The notes beneath the pieces were generated by a model. It searched no databases and was not told where the DNA came from. It saw only the letters and a list, made by a program, of their open reading frames with translations. A stretch of DNA of 64,000 bases from an uncultured delta proteobacterium (GTDB taxonomy: Bacteria; Desulfobacterota; Desulfobacteria; Desulfobacterales; JAFDCJ01). Position 1 is the stretch's first letter; the number at the start of each line of letters is the position of its first letter. The stretch covers positions 320,001 through 384,000 of the forward strand of contig CAVYNY010000022.1 in the NCBI GenBank assembly GCA_963769935.1, written 5' to 3'. Position numbers and translations under genes: made by a program. This document shows positions 39,152 to 48,991 of this stretch, piece by piece.

Positions 39152-40678
39152 ATGCAGTCCATATTAAAAAAATTGGGTTTGCCGGCTGAGCTGTCGGGAG
39201 CCGGGTCTGGTTCGTGGATCGATTGCAGCGGGGAAATTTTATCATCTAAATCGCCCATTGACGGGCAGATGATTGGAGAAATACGGAGTGCCGCCGACAC
39301 TGATTATGAGAAAATTATTGGCAGGGCCGCCGAAGCATTTAAGACATGGCGCATGATTCCGGCCCCGCAACGCGGGGATATCGTGCGTCAGATCGGCAAC
39401 TCCCTGCGCGATCACAAAAAGGATCTTGGCGAGCTGGTGACCCTGGAAATGGGGAAGATCCAGGTCGAGGGTGAAGGCGAAGTGCAGGAGATGATCGATA
39501 TGGCGGATTATGCCGTGGGTCAGTCCCGGATGCTCTATGGATTGACCATGCCCAGCGAGCGGCCCGATCATCGAATGTTTGAGCAATGGCATCCGCTGGG
39601 TCCCATAGGCATCATTACGAGTTTTAATTTTCCGCTGGCGCCCTGGGCATGGAATACCATGATCGCGCTGGTTGCCGGTGATACCGTCATCTGGAAACCC
39701 TCCTCCAAAACGCCGATTACGGCCATCGCCGCTATGAACATTGTTTGGGAAGTGCTCAACAGCAACGGACTGCCGGAGGGTGTCTGCAATCTGATCATCG
39801 GAAACCGGAAAAATGTCGGAGAGGCGCTGATCCGGGATCGGCGGGTGCCTCTGATATCCGCCACGGGCAGTGTTGCCATGGGGCGCCATGTGGGGCAAGC
39901 CGTGGCTGCGCGCCTGGGCAGGTCAATTCTGGAACTCGGAGGCAACAATGCCGTCATTGTGACGCCCCGCGCCAACCCGACAATGGCGGTGCAGGCCATT
40001 GTTTTCGGCGCCGTGGGCACGGCCGGCCAGCGGTGCACCAGCACGCGCCGGGTGATCGTGCATGAGGACATTTACGATGTGCTCGTTGAATCCCTGATCA
40101 ACGCCTATCGGCAGATATGCATCGGCAATCCCCTTGAAGACGGCGTCCTCATGGGGCCGCTCGTTGACCAAAAGGCGGTCACCGCCATGCAAAACGCCCT
40201 GGTTCGGCTAAAGGAGCAGGGCGGAAAAATTCTTTACGGGGGTGAAGTGCTGTCCGGCGGAATTTATGATTCCCGGACGTATGTGACGCCGGCTATTTGT
40301 GAAGCCGCAGCCGCGATGCCGATTGTAGAAGAAGAAACTTTTGCGCCGATTGTGTATCTCATAAAATATCGGCAATTGGAGCAGGCCATCGCCGGACATA
40401 ATATTGTATCCCAAGGACTGTCTTCATCTATTTTTACCAATGATATTATAGAGGCCGAGAGCTTTCTCAGCCACAGGGGCAGTGATTGCGGTATTGCCAA
40501 CGTGAATGTCGGAACGTCCGGCGCTGAAATCGGCGGTGCTTTCGGCGGAGAGAAGGACACCGGCGGCGGCCGGGAAGCCGGATCCGATGCCTGGAAATCT
40601 TATATGCGCCGGCAGACCTGCACGATTAACTGGTCCGGAAAACTTCCCCTGGCCCAGGGGATCCAGTTTGAGTTATAA
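39152..40678 (+). CDS. Aldehyde dehydrogenase, ALDH7 (piperideine-6-carboxylate/aminoadipate semialdehyde dehydrogenase-like)
   Basis: EGEGEVQEMID, SERPDHRMFEQWHPLG, LELGGNNA, GTAGQRCT, GAEIGGAFGGEKDTGGGRE. Confidence 0.9.
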   Translation: MQSILKKLGLPAELSGAGSGSWIDCSGEILSSKSPIDGQMIGEIRSAADTDYEKIIGRAAEAFKTWRMIPAPQRGDIVRQIGNSLRDHKKDLGELVTLEMGKIQVEGEGEVQEMIDMADYAVGQSRMLYGLTMPSERPDHRMFEQWHPLGPIGIITSFNFPLAPWAWNTMIALVAGDTVIWKPSSKTPITAIAAMNIVWEVLNSNGLPEGVCNLIIGNRKNVGEALIRDRRVPLISATGSVAMGRHVGQAVAARLGRSILELGGNNAVIVTPRANPTMAVQAIVFGAVGTAGQRCTSTRRVIVHEDIYDVLVESLINAYRQICIGNPLEDGVLMGPLVDQKAVTAMQNALVRLKEQGGKILYGGEVLSGGIYDSRTYVTPAICEAAAAMPIVEEETFAPIVYLIKYRQLEQAIAGHNIVSQGLSSSIFTNDIIEAESFLSHRGSDCGIANVNVGTSGAEIGGAFGGEKDTGGGREAGSDAWKSYMRRQTCTINWSGKLPLAQGIQFEL

Positions 40679-40679
40679 C

Positions 40680-40950
40680 AGGACTGAGGGCTGAAAAAAA
40701 TCCCGGGTTGTGAGCTGCATGTTGCGGGTTGGTGCGGGTGCGGGGTTGCAGTTTGCAGGGTGCGGGGTTCAGGATGCGGTTTGTGGATGCCGGCTTTTAG
40801 ATGTTGGTTGATTGGGTTGGTGCTTGCGAACTTAAGAACTCACGAGCTTACCAGCTTACTATCTTCCCAAATTCCCGGCATCCCGGCCTATTTGCTATGA
40901 ACTATGGACTATCAACTGTCAACTCAATTAACTCAATCAACTGAGTCAAC
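40680..40950. repeat. Mosaic short-period repeat array between convergent genes
   Basis: GGTTGCG/GGTGCGG units; GAGCTTAC/CGGCATCC 8-mers; ACTATGG/ACTATCA 7-mers; TCAATCAAC 9-mers overlapping the HAD stop codon. Confidence 0.7.
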
Positions 40951-41844
40951 CCCATTATTTGCACTAAAGGTGCCCTTCAGCCAGAGTTCGGCAGCTTCTG
41001 CCACGCCGCCGTTGTTGTTGGAGGCCACCGCGGTGAACCGGTTCTTGAGATCCGCCGGTGCATTGTCGACCACATAGCTGTTGTCCGTCCACTCCAGCAT
41101 ATCCAGGTCATTGTAATCATTTCCCACCGCAACGATCCGCTGTTTGTCAATCTGCAGCTGGCCAGCCAGCCAGGCCGCCGTCAGGCTTTTGGAGACGGTG
41201 TTCGGAAAAATTTCGATCCAGGTGGATTTGCCGTCCAGCGGCGAGGTAGTCTGAATTACGCTGAAATCGGGTAATGCGCCGCGAATTTTTGCAATTACGG
41301 CGGTGTTGCCCACGGCCGGAACCACCGCCAGCAGCTGGGTTGCAAGGTATAGACCATGGAAGATGTCAGTTAAGGGTTCCGCGTAGTGCTGGTAAAGTTG
41401 CAAACGTCTTTCAAAATCATCATTTTTGCTGTTTGATCTGAAATAGGCGAACATGTGATTGTCGGGGATCGCGCGATGAACCATAAAATCGAGTCGGCTG
41501 GATTTAAGTACTTCACATGCCCGTTCAACTTCATGAGTTTCGAGGCCCGCCTGGCGGACGATTTTACCGCCGGTATATTGCAGAACCCCCGCCCCCATTG
41601 AAAATATAACGAAATCCAGCGGCAGATTCGAAACGCAGGCCCTGTTAAAGGAAAACAATGATCGTCCGGTGGCAATCGTCCGCACGATACCCAGTTCACC
41701 GAGTCGCTGTAGAGCTTCAAGATCTGCCTCATTAAACGTTCGATCGGAACGCAGCAGGGTGCCGTCCAAATCCATAATAAAAAGTCCGCTCGGTTTGGTG
41801 CCGCCTTGCGGATTGATTATTTGATGGTTTTGAGAGATTATCAT
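40933..41844 (-). CDS. Cof-type HAD hydrolase (subfamily IIB)
   Basis: MDLDGTLL, IATGR, VSKS, VGNDYNDLDML. Confidence 0.88.
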   Translation of the reverse strand: MIISQNHQIINPQGGTKPSGLFIMDLDGTLLRSDRTFNEADLEALQRLGELGIVRTIATGRSLFSFNRACVSNLPLDFVIFSMGAGVLQYTGGKIVRQAGLETHEVERACEVLKSSRLDFMVHRAIPDNHMFAYFRSNSKNDDFERRLQLYQHYAEPLTDIFHGLYLATQLLAVVPAVGNTAVIAKIRGALPDFSVIQTTSPLDGKSTWIEIFPNTVSKSLTAAWLAGQLQIDKQRIVAVGNDYNDLDMLEWTDNSYVVDNAPADLKNRFTAVASNNNGGVAEAAELWLKGTFSANNGVDSVD

Positions 41845-42068
41845 TTGCGGGTATCCGGAAACAGAGAAATATTAGAGGAGATGGCCTTTAGTGTCAATTG
41901 AAATTCTGGCGCTGTCCGACAATCTGGCCCAGTCTGACCCAAACCGGTCTCCGGAACTATTGCTAAAGAAAACCCGTGGGGTGACGATATATAGTTAGCA
42001 GGCAAATTTCTGCCAAAGTTATGAATTTGATGCAAGTATATTTAAATTAAATATTATTTCAACTTGTT

Positions 42069-42302
42069 ATGAACTTGCGGGTTGATTTGAGAAGCGTTGA
42101 AAAGGAGATACGGTTGATATCGGAGGCTAACTGGGACATGGAAAAGGAAACGATCATATTTTTTGATAAACTGGGGTTTGGCTGGGTGCTTGACAACGTA
42201 ATGGTCAAAGGGATGAAATTAAATCATTTTAAAGAGGATTGTACCTATAATAAATCCCTGATCAAAATCCTGGAGAATCTATTGGAAAACCCGGGTGTGT
42301 GA
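42069..42302 (+). CDS. Small hypothetical protein (77 aa)
   Basis: Isolated ORF in an otherwise non-coding gap; protein-like composition; no family recognised. Confidence 0.45.
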   Translation: MNLRVDLRSVEKEIRLISEANWDMEKETIIFFDKLGFGWVLDNVMVKGMKLNHFKEDCTYNKSLIKILENLLENPGV

Positions 42303-42751
42303 CGGGGTTAAGTTTCTAAGCTTTTCCAAACAACACCTGTCTTAAATCTTGGTGCATCAGGGTTGCCGGCGTGGGTTCTCCCTGTTGGCTTGGACTTGCT
42401 GGAGCTGCCGCGCCGACGCCTCAGGAATCAATCCCGCGGCCATTCAGGATCGGCAGTCATAAAGCTTGACATCTTCACATTCCCCGAAATTTATTTTTGC
42501 CATTGAACTTCCTGCAGGATAAATAGTAATGTTTTCTCCCGGCAGCTCCGCTGATTGAAATTCGACAAACAGTGATAATATTTAAGATCTTCTTTATGAT
42601 AAAAAACTTTTCAATGCTGTTCTATGATGCCCGGTCCCGTTATTAGACGGACCGGCGCCCGGGAGGCTTCCGGGGTTAACCGGCGTATGGGCCTGATTCC
42701 GCTGAAATCAACAAAACCTGACACCTGAAACTTGAACAAAGATCGGACAAT

Positions 42752-44731
42752 ATGACAAGCACACACACCAACAACCATCTTTTTCGCGGACTTTTGCAGT
42801 CGGAAGACGGCCTGATTTCCCGGGTCCACGATGTGAATAAACAATCGATAACTTTCGAGGCTGCCTTCGGACTCAGCGATGAGCTAATCGAGCAACTTCA
42901 GAACCAACCGGAACATATCGTCTTCAGCGAGCGGTCCAGAATCGCTCGGCTTGGAATACGGATCAACAGTGCTCCCCCCAGTGCGGAGAGTCTGGCAGGC
43001 GGCAAGATTACCTTAACTCTGGTGGCGTCCGCGATGATTTCGGGGTATCCCGGCTTAGATGAGATAAAAGATTTTTTCACCTTGGGTCTGCCGGTAGGGC
43101 GTCTGGTTTTCTGTGATCCTGAAGCCCTGCTGAGCTCCGATGAGGTCTTGGCGGCGATCGACCGGGCCGAACTCAAGCTGCCGGCTTCGACCACCATCTC
43201 AAGCGATGGAAGTATCGTTATCGCCCCGCACAAAGTTGTATGTCGTTTCAGAGAGCCATTGGACAAAAAGACATTGGGCCGCATTTTGCTCCGGGAGGAT
43301 GGACGGGAGCTTCTCAACCGTTATCAGGTTCGTAAAGCGGTGCCCTCGGTAAACATTCCAGCCGGCGAAGGCGTTGTGACCACCTGCTCCATGTATCTCA
43401 ACGAACACTTCGTGGTCTTGCAAAGCGGCTTCACCACGGGCCGGAATCTGCCTGCCACCGTGCTGGATCCAATTAAAACCCGGGGGATTCGAATTTATCT
43501 GGAGATTGTCAACCAGAGCAATCATCCCATCGTCAATCCATTGATCTCGGCCAAGGTGTATAATGCCGCTAAATCACGCAACGGTGTGCCGCAGAAAAAA
43601 TCCGCCCCAACCGGTAATTTTTATACCTATCGTCAGATGCGTGAGTTCGAAAAACGCTTAACGGCCCGCGACAATTCCACCTGTCATTTCATCGACAAAC
43701 CGCTGGGGGTAATTCAGGGAAACACGGATGCGTTAAAAAAAGCCAGGATTTTTTCAAACGGGCCCGGCCAGGCCTGCGAGGTGACCAAGTCCATGTGTGC
43801 TCTGGCCCGACGTGATTTTTCACCGCATAGCGAATGCGCCCATCTGTATGCCACTGCCCGGATTCAGGATGCCGTCCGGAATTCTCCGGCCGTTTTGGCG
43901 ATGAAATATTTTCCCAACATCATTGAACATCGCGATATCATAAACCTGACCTGTGAAGGCAAATTGAGCACCCTGTATTTTTACGAACCGTCCTGCGAAC
44001 ACGGCCCGTTTTTATCGCAGCAGGATCACCATCGCCTGGAGGAATACCACGCCTTCGGGCTTGAGGTATACTGGGTATCGGGTCTGAACGGACGTCTCAT
44101 GAAACACACCCGGCGGGACGGAATGGGTTATTTTGTTGCCCCCGAGCGGATGGCTGATTTTCATAAATCCATGCTGTTTGCATTCTACGGCTCCAACCAG
44201 AAGCTGTCATCCAAGGGCGGAGCCCGGCTCGGCACCCTCATGGATGCCCTGATTGACTTCTGGGGCAAACGCATCGGAATCGTCACCGGCGGCGGCAGCG
44301 GCGTGATGGAGCAGGCCAACACTCTGGCCAGGAAACGCGGAATTTTATCCGGCGCCAACTTTTTGGACATTACCGACCAGTCGATGACGACCGATGTCGA
44401 CTTCTGCCAGGTTTTTCAGGCCACGTGTCGCCACAGCCGCCAGAAATGGTTCGAGATTGCCTCCTTTCCGATTTTTAATGTCGGCGGTTTGGGCTCCCTG
44501 GAAGAGTTGGGCATTACGCTGTGCAACATGAAGCTGTCCATTTTAGATCCGGTGCCGGTAATTTTATTCGACACGGAAGGGGACGGAAATTTTTGGACGG
44601 GCATCGACAGCCAGATCAATGAAATGGTCAAGCGGGGCAGGGCCCCCGCTTGGATCAAGGACAACATCGTTATAACGGATGATCCGAAAACGGTCACCGA
44701 AGTTTATCGTCAACGGCTTCAGCTATTTTAA
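42752..44731 (+). CDS. LOG-family (nucleotide nucleosidase-like) protein with long N-terminal region containing a dCTP deaminase/dUTPase-like segment
   Basis: C-terminal AFYGS, IVTGGGSGVMEQAN, RHSRQK, VGGLGSLEE; N-terminal LLSSDEVLAAIDRAELKL and VLDPIKTRGIRIYLEIVNQSNHPI. Confidence 0.7.
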   Translation: MTSTHTNNHLFRGLLQSEDGLISRVHDVNKQSITFEAAFGLSDELIEQLQNQPEHIVFSERSRIARLGIRINSAPPSAESLAGGKITLTLVASAMISGYPGLDEIKDFFTLGLPVGRLVFCDPEALLSSDEVLAAIDRAELKLPASTTISSDGSIVIAPHKVVCRFREPLDKKTLGRILLREDGRELLNRYQVRKAVPSVNIPAGEGVVTTCSMYLNEHFVVLQSGFTTGRNLPATVLDPIKTRGIRIYLEIVNQSNHPIVNPLISAKVYNAAKSRNGVPQKKSAPTGNFYTYRQMREFEKRLTARDNSTCHFIDKPLGVIQGNTDALKKARIFSNGPGQACEVTKSMCALARRDFSPHSECAHLYATARIQDAVRNSPAVLAMKYFPNIIEHRDIINLTCEGKLSTLYFYEPSCEHGPFLSQQDHHRLEEYHAFGLEVYWVSGLNGRLMKHTRRDGMGYFVAPERMADFHKSMLFAFYGSNQKLSSKGGARLGTLMDALIDFWGKRIGIVTGGGSGVMEQANTLARKRGILSGANFLDITDQSMTTDVDFCQVFQATCRHSRQKWFEIASFPIFNVGGLGSLEELGITLCNMKLSILDPVPVILFDTEGDGNFWTGIDSQINEMVKRGRAPAWIKDNIVITDDPKTVTEVYRQRLQLF

Positions 44732-44782
44732 CGCGGTGTTCTGCAATCTTTTAAACTGACAGGGGACCTTGAGAAGATAACT

Positions 44783-46102
44783 TTGTTTACACTAAAGCGC
44801 ACCTTTTATCCGCTGCTCATTCCCACATTTCTGATTCTTCTCGCATCCGCGGCCATCATCAAATGGCCGGATCTGGCAAGGCAAGTCAATGATATTAGGG
44901 AACTGTGGGCGGTGATGGTGATCATGCCGTTTGTGCCTTATATTGTATTGGCGTTTGGCTTTGCCATGGGGTGGCGTTATGCCAATACCGGCTTAATACT
45001 GGGTACTCTGACGCTGGCCCTTTCCTATTGCGGTTTAAGTTATTTCCGATTCCCCGATCTGCCCCGGGAAGCGCTTGCGGGCCAGTCCGCAACCACCGCA
45101 GTGGCATTTTTATTGCCTTTGAACCTGTCCATTAGCAGCGTCCTGATCAGACGTCGACCCCTGACTTCGGCCGGTATCCTGGCCGCGCTTTTATTGGTCG
45201 TTCAGCTTGCTGCAATTTTCGCTTTCGGTCATCCCGAAGGATATTTATCATTGCTGGCTAAGGCAAAATTAGGGTCTCTGTCACCGGCGGTAGCCGCTAA
45301 ACTGTTCGAATTCACCAGGCGGCTGAGTCATGTGCTTTCCGATCACTCAGTTTTCAGGCTCAAGCAAATTCCCACCGTGGCGGTCGTGACTTTCGGGCTG
45401 TCGCTAACATTTACGTTGATACATTTTGTAAAAAGCGGTGATATTCGCATTGGCGGATTTTTCTTTGCAATTATTGCCGCATTGCTGGGCACCACTGCCG
45501 GACACCCTGAACCGGCCGTCATTTTTTATTTTATTGCCGCCGGACTGATTCTGCCTTTCTCCACCATAGAGGCCTCTTTTTCCATGGCTTATATAGACGA
45601 GTTGACCCGTTTGCCTGGACGTAGAAGCCTCAATGAGACGCTGCTCAATCTGGGCAAAAGATACGCCATTGCAATGGTTGACGTAGATCGCTTCAAAAAG
45701 TTCAATGATACCTACGGTCATAAAACCGGTGATCAGGTGTTGAAGATGATTGCCGCGCGGCTCGGAAAAATATCCGGCGGGGGGAAAACATTTCGTTACG
45801 GGGGAGAGGAGTTTACCGCCATTTTTGCCGGCAAGCTCGTTGAAGAAGCCTTCCCACATGTTGAAAATTTCAGAAAGTCGGTTGAATCAACACCTTTTAT
45901 TGTTCGCGGAAGGGAGCGCCGCCGAAACAGAGCGAGCAGCCGCGGCAAAAAGAGTGGGTTTACCCGCAAGCAGGTAAAGGTTACCGTTAGCATTGGCCTG
46001 GCCGCATCGGAGGGGCAGACGACGACTCCGCAGAAAGTAATCAAAGCGGCAGACAAGAAGCTTTATCAGGCCAAAAGAGCCGGGCGCAACCGGACGGTGT
46101 GA
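44783..46102 (+). CDS. Membrane-bound diguanylate cyclase
   Basis: N-terminal TMs; DELTRLPGRR, DVDRFKKFNDTYGH, RYGGEEF; no RxxD I-site. Confidence 0.9.
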   Translation: MFTLKRTFYPLLIPTFLILLASAAIIKWPDLARQVNDIRELWAVMVIMPFVPYIVLAFGFAMGWRYANTGLILGTLTLALSYCGLSYFRFPDLPREALAGQSATTAVAFLLPLNLSISSVLIRRRPLTSAGILAALLLVVQLAAIFAFGHPEGYLSLLAKAKLGSLSPAVAAKLFEFTRRLSHVLSDHSVFRLKQIPTVAVVTFGLSLTFTLIHFVKSGDIRIGGFFFAIIAALLGTTAGHPEPAVIFYFIAAGLILPFSTIEASFSMAYIDELTRLPGRRSLNETLLNLGKRYAIAMVDVDRFKKFNDTYGHKTGDQVLKMIAARLGKISGGGKTFRYGGEEFTAIFAGKLVEEAFPHVENFRKSVESTPFIVRGRERRRNRASSRGKKSGFTRKQVKVTVSIGLAASEGQTTTPQKVIKAADKKLYQAKRAGRNRTV

Positions 46103-46260
46103 TAGCTCGGGGGCATCGGCGCAAAACTTTTATCAGAGGCAAGAGGCTTCAGGATTATAAATCATCAGTTGATACATTCAAAAATCCGCTGCGGTCGATC
46201 CCTTGATCCTCTTTAGAAAGGAAAACGCCCGGCAGCCTCTGCCAAGGACATTCGAGCGTG

Positions 46261-46860
46261 CTATAGCTTATCGGCGTGCTTTGAAAGAAACTCCGCCACG
46301 CCCTCCGTGGTGGGTTGCATTCCCTCGTCGCCTTTGTTCCAGCCCGCCGGGCAGACTTCCCCGTACTGCTCGGTAAACTGCAACGCATCGACGATGCGAA
46401 TCATTTCATCGACATTGCGTCCCAACGACAGGTTATTTACGACCTGGTGCTGAACAATGCCTTTTTTATCAATCAGAAAAGAAGCCCTCAAAGCCACGCC
46501 ATCGGGATGCTCAATGCCATAGGCCCTTGTAATTTCGTGTTTGACATCTGCAACAATCGGAAAATCCACCTTCCCGATGCCGCCGTTTTCGATGGCAGTG
46601 CTGCGCCAGGCAAAATGGGTAAATTGGGAATCAATGGAAATTCCGACCACCTCAACATCGCGCGATTTGAAATGCTCCATTCGTTTGTGGTGGGCAATGA
46701 TTTCAGTCGGGCATACAAATGTGAAATCCAGCGGCCAGAAAAACAACACCACATATTTTCTTCTCAGGTCCGAGAGCTTGAAATTCTCATTAATCAAGCC
46801 ATCCGGCATGACAGCCGGCGCCACAAAATCAGGTGCTTCCCTTGCTACCAGTACACTCAT
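46261..46860 (-). CDS. ahpC: Typical 2-Cys peroxiredoxin (AhpC/TsaA)
   Basis: FWPLDFTFVCPTE and GEVCPAGW; start MSVLV after GAAGGGG. Confidence 0.9.
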   Translation of the reverse strand: MSVLVAREAPDFVAPAVMPDGLINENFKLSDLRRKYVVLFFWPLDFTFVCPTEIIAHHKRMEHFKSRDVEVVGISIDSQFTHFAWRSTAIENGGIGKVDFPIVADVKHEITRAYGIEHPDGVALRASFLIDKKGIVQHQVVNNLSLGRNVDEMIRIVDALQFTEQYGEVCPAGWNKGDEGMQPTTEGVAEFLSKHADKL

Positions 46861-47113
46861 TATAATATCCCCTTCGGAGTTCAGGTTTAGGTTGCCTTGA
46901 CCGGATGAGTTTTGGGCCCAACCGATCATTCCATCACCGACCGACGAGTTTAATATGATGCTTAAATCGGAATTTGCAATACCCCAACCCCGACACGCCG
47001 GATCAAACCGCCGCTGAGGCACCGAGATCCAAAGCCAACCCCTTGGTCGTTATTCATCATTGGGTCTTTTGACCTTCGCACCAAAATGTTTTCGTGGGAG
47101 CTTGCCATTTCGA

Positions 47114-48733
47114 CTACCGCATGCCGCGCACATCGATAGCGGCCAAGCCTTGCAAGAATTTATGGCTGAGCCCTTCGCTGATGACATGCTCAAAAACATG
47201 TCCTTCCGGTGTGACCCCTCTTATTTTTCCGTCCGCCAAAAACTTGCTCAGAAGCTGTTGACCGGATTCAATCCGGTCGGCGGCATCAATTATTCGGATT
47301 TTTGCCCCGGAGGCTTTCGGCAGGGGGATTTTTTTATCTAAAAGGAATTTCATGAAATTAACAATGCGCGCCAGGCGCAGCAGGGTGACGGATTCTTCTC
47401 TGGTGGTTATGTGGGACAACGGCAGAGCACTTGACCGCAGGCACGCGAATTTCTTGGGCAGAAGCTCGAGGCTGGCACACAAATCATAATCCCGGCTGCC
47501 CGGCGAAGGATAAAAAATGGACGCCCCGACTAAAACCCTCAGGCGGGCCAGATACAGCAGATCGGATATCGAATCCTGCGCCTTTTGAAAAGGCGCCCCA
47601 CAAATGATGTAACCGACGGCATTCAGATCATAGTATTCGGCAAGGTCCAAGGCGCAGTTAAAAGAATCGCGAACATCAGCCCTGTTGAATCGCAAGAGCT
47701 GCTCCTTTGAGGTTGAGCCGACTGAAAGATTCAAGGATTTGAATCCGGCCGACTTCATTGCCCGGATGACTTCTTCATCCAGGGACGGCGGATACAGGCC
47801 GTTCATGGCTCTCAACTCCAGCGAATCTCCGAAACGGCTTTTGATGGCCTGCAGCAAACTTAAAAACCAGCGGCGATTAAAAGACAGATTTTCATCTTCG
47901 AAATCAATGAAGCCGACCTGGTATTGATCAACTGCATTGCCGATTTCCCGCATAACCGCAGCGACGCTTCTCCGGCGGTAAGCCGGCCCTGACTGGGCCC
48001 CGACACTGCAGTAGGTGCAGGCCATCGGGCATCCGCGGCCGGCCACAATGACCATGCTGCCGCTTTTGCCGCGGCGGTAGAAGCGCTGGTTGATAAGCTC
48101 GGCCGCCGGCAGCGGAAAGTTGTCCGGGTGCCGCATCCGGGCCGGAGAATTGATGTGAAGCGAGCCGTCCTTGCACCTGAACACAAGACCGGGTATGGCG
48201 TCAAATTTTCCCCCCTCCGAAAGCGCTCGTGCCAGCAGCGGCATGGGCACTTCGCCCTCGCCCCGCACGACAAAATCGACAGCTGCAGATTCCATTACGG
48301 CTTGCGGCATGGCCGTCGGATGGTGGCCGCCCATAACAATTTTACAATTCGGGAGATAGGCTTTGACGGTTTCCGCTGTCTGAACGGCCTCCTGCGCATA
48401 GGGTGTAAATAATGACGAGATGCCCACTAAAAACGCTCCTGACGCTTTGGCTTTTCTGCCGATATAGTCAAAACTGTAGCCGAAGTGTTTATACTGATAA
48501 AACAGGGCAAACGGTGAGCGGTCCGGTTGGGCGTAGTACTCCCGTAAGTAGCTCATTTCCTGCGGTAGATCGCGCAAACGTGATTTGGAAGTGGCCAATG
48601 CATCCAGAATCTCCACTGAAAAACCGCTGGCGGTCAGAGTCGATGCGATGCAGGCCAAACCATATGGAATGGTTCGTTTGGCAGTGAGATAGAAGTCTCT
48701 GATCGGCGGCTGAATGAGAAGAATGTCGGGCAT
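47114..48733 (-). CDS. Cobalamin-binding radical SAM protein
   Basis: IPYGLACIA, VGISSLFT, MGGHHPT, GEGE, GRGCPMACTYC, FEDEN. Confidence 0.88.
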   Translation of the reverse strand: MPDILLIQPPIRDFYLTAKRTIPYGLACIASTLTASGFSVEILDALATSKSRLRDLPQEMSYLREYYAQPDRSPFALFYQYKHFGYSFDYIGRKAKASGAFLVGISSLFTPYAQEAVQTAETVKAYLPNCKIVMGGHHPTAMPQAVMESAAVDFVVRGEGEVPMPLLARALSEGGKFDAIPGLVFRCKDGSLHINSPARMRHPDNFPLPAAELINQRFYRRGKSGSMVIVAGRGCPMACTYCSVGAQSGPAYRRRSVAAVMREIGNAVDQYQVGFIDFEDENLSFNRRWFLSLLQAIKSRFGDSLELRAMNGLYPPSLDEEVIRAMKSAGFKSLNLSVGSTSKEQLLRFNRADVRDSFNCALDLAEYYDLNAVGYIICGAPFQKAQDSISDLLYLARLRVLVGASIFYPSPGSRDYDLCASLELLPKKFACLRSSALPLSHITTREESVTLLRLARIVNFMKFLLDKKIPLPKASGAKIRIIDAADRIESGQQLLSKFLADGKIRGVTPEGHVFEHVISEGLSHKFLQGLAAIDVRGMR

Positions 48734-48744
48734 GTTGTTGCGTC

Positions 48745-48990
48745 TATTGAGTTTGTTGAGTTGATAGGGAAAAGGATAAAGGTAAAAGGCTAAAGGTGAA
48801 AGGAATAAAAGCTGGAAAGCTGGAATGCCTGGATGCTGGAAGGCGTTAAGGGTCCAGCTTAACGGATCTTTTTTGCCTTTTTCCCTTTGAGCTATGAGCT
48901 ACGAGCTATCAGCTGACGCGCAAGCGTCCCACCTTCTGCTCTTCTCACCTTCTTACCCTCTCACCTTCCCACCTTCTCACCTTCTTCTTT
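48745..48990. repeat. Mosaic repeat array containing copy 1 of a dispersed ~140-bp element
   Basis: TTGAGTTTG 9-mers, AAAGG(A/T/C)TA 7-mers, GCTGGAAA 8-mers, core ...ATCTTTTTTGCCTTTTTCCC, GAGCTAT 7-mers, GACGCGCAAGCGTC, CACCTTCT 8-mers. Confidence 0.8.
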
Positions 48991-48991
48991 T

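Noticed and set aside
42330..42480. 6S RNA or a known riboswitch
   Set aside because: An imperfect stem is present, but I could not match the length or conserved motifs of any known family by eye. It is kept only as a weak finding.
46861..47022. 54-aa N-terminal extension of the peroxiredoxin given by the ORF track
   Set aside because: The family-typical start MSVLV with an RBS is at 46860, and the extension has no supporting features.
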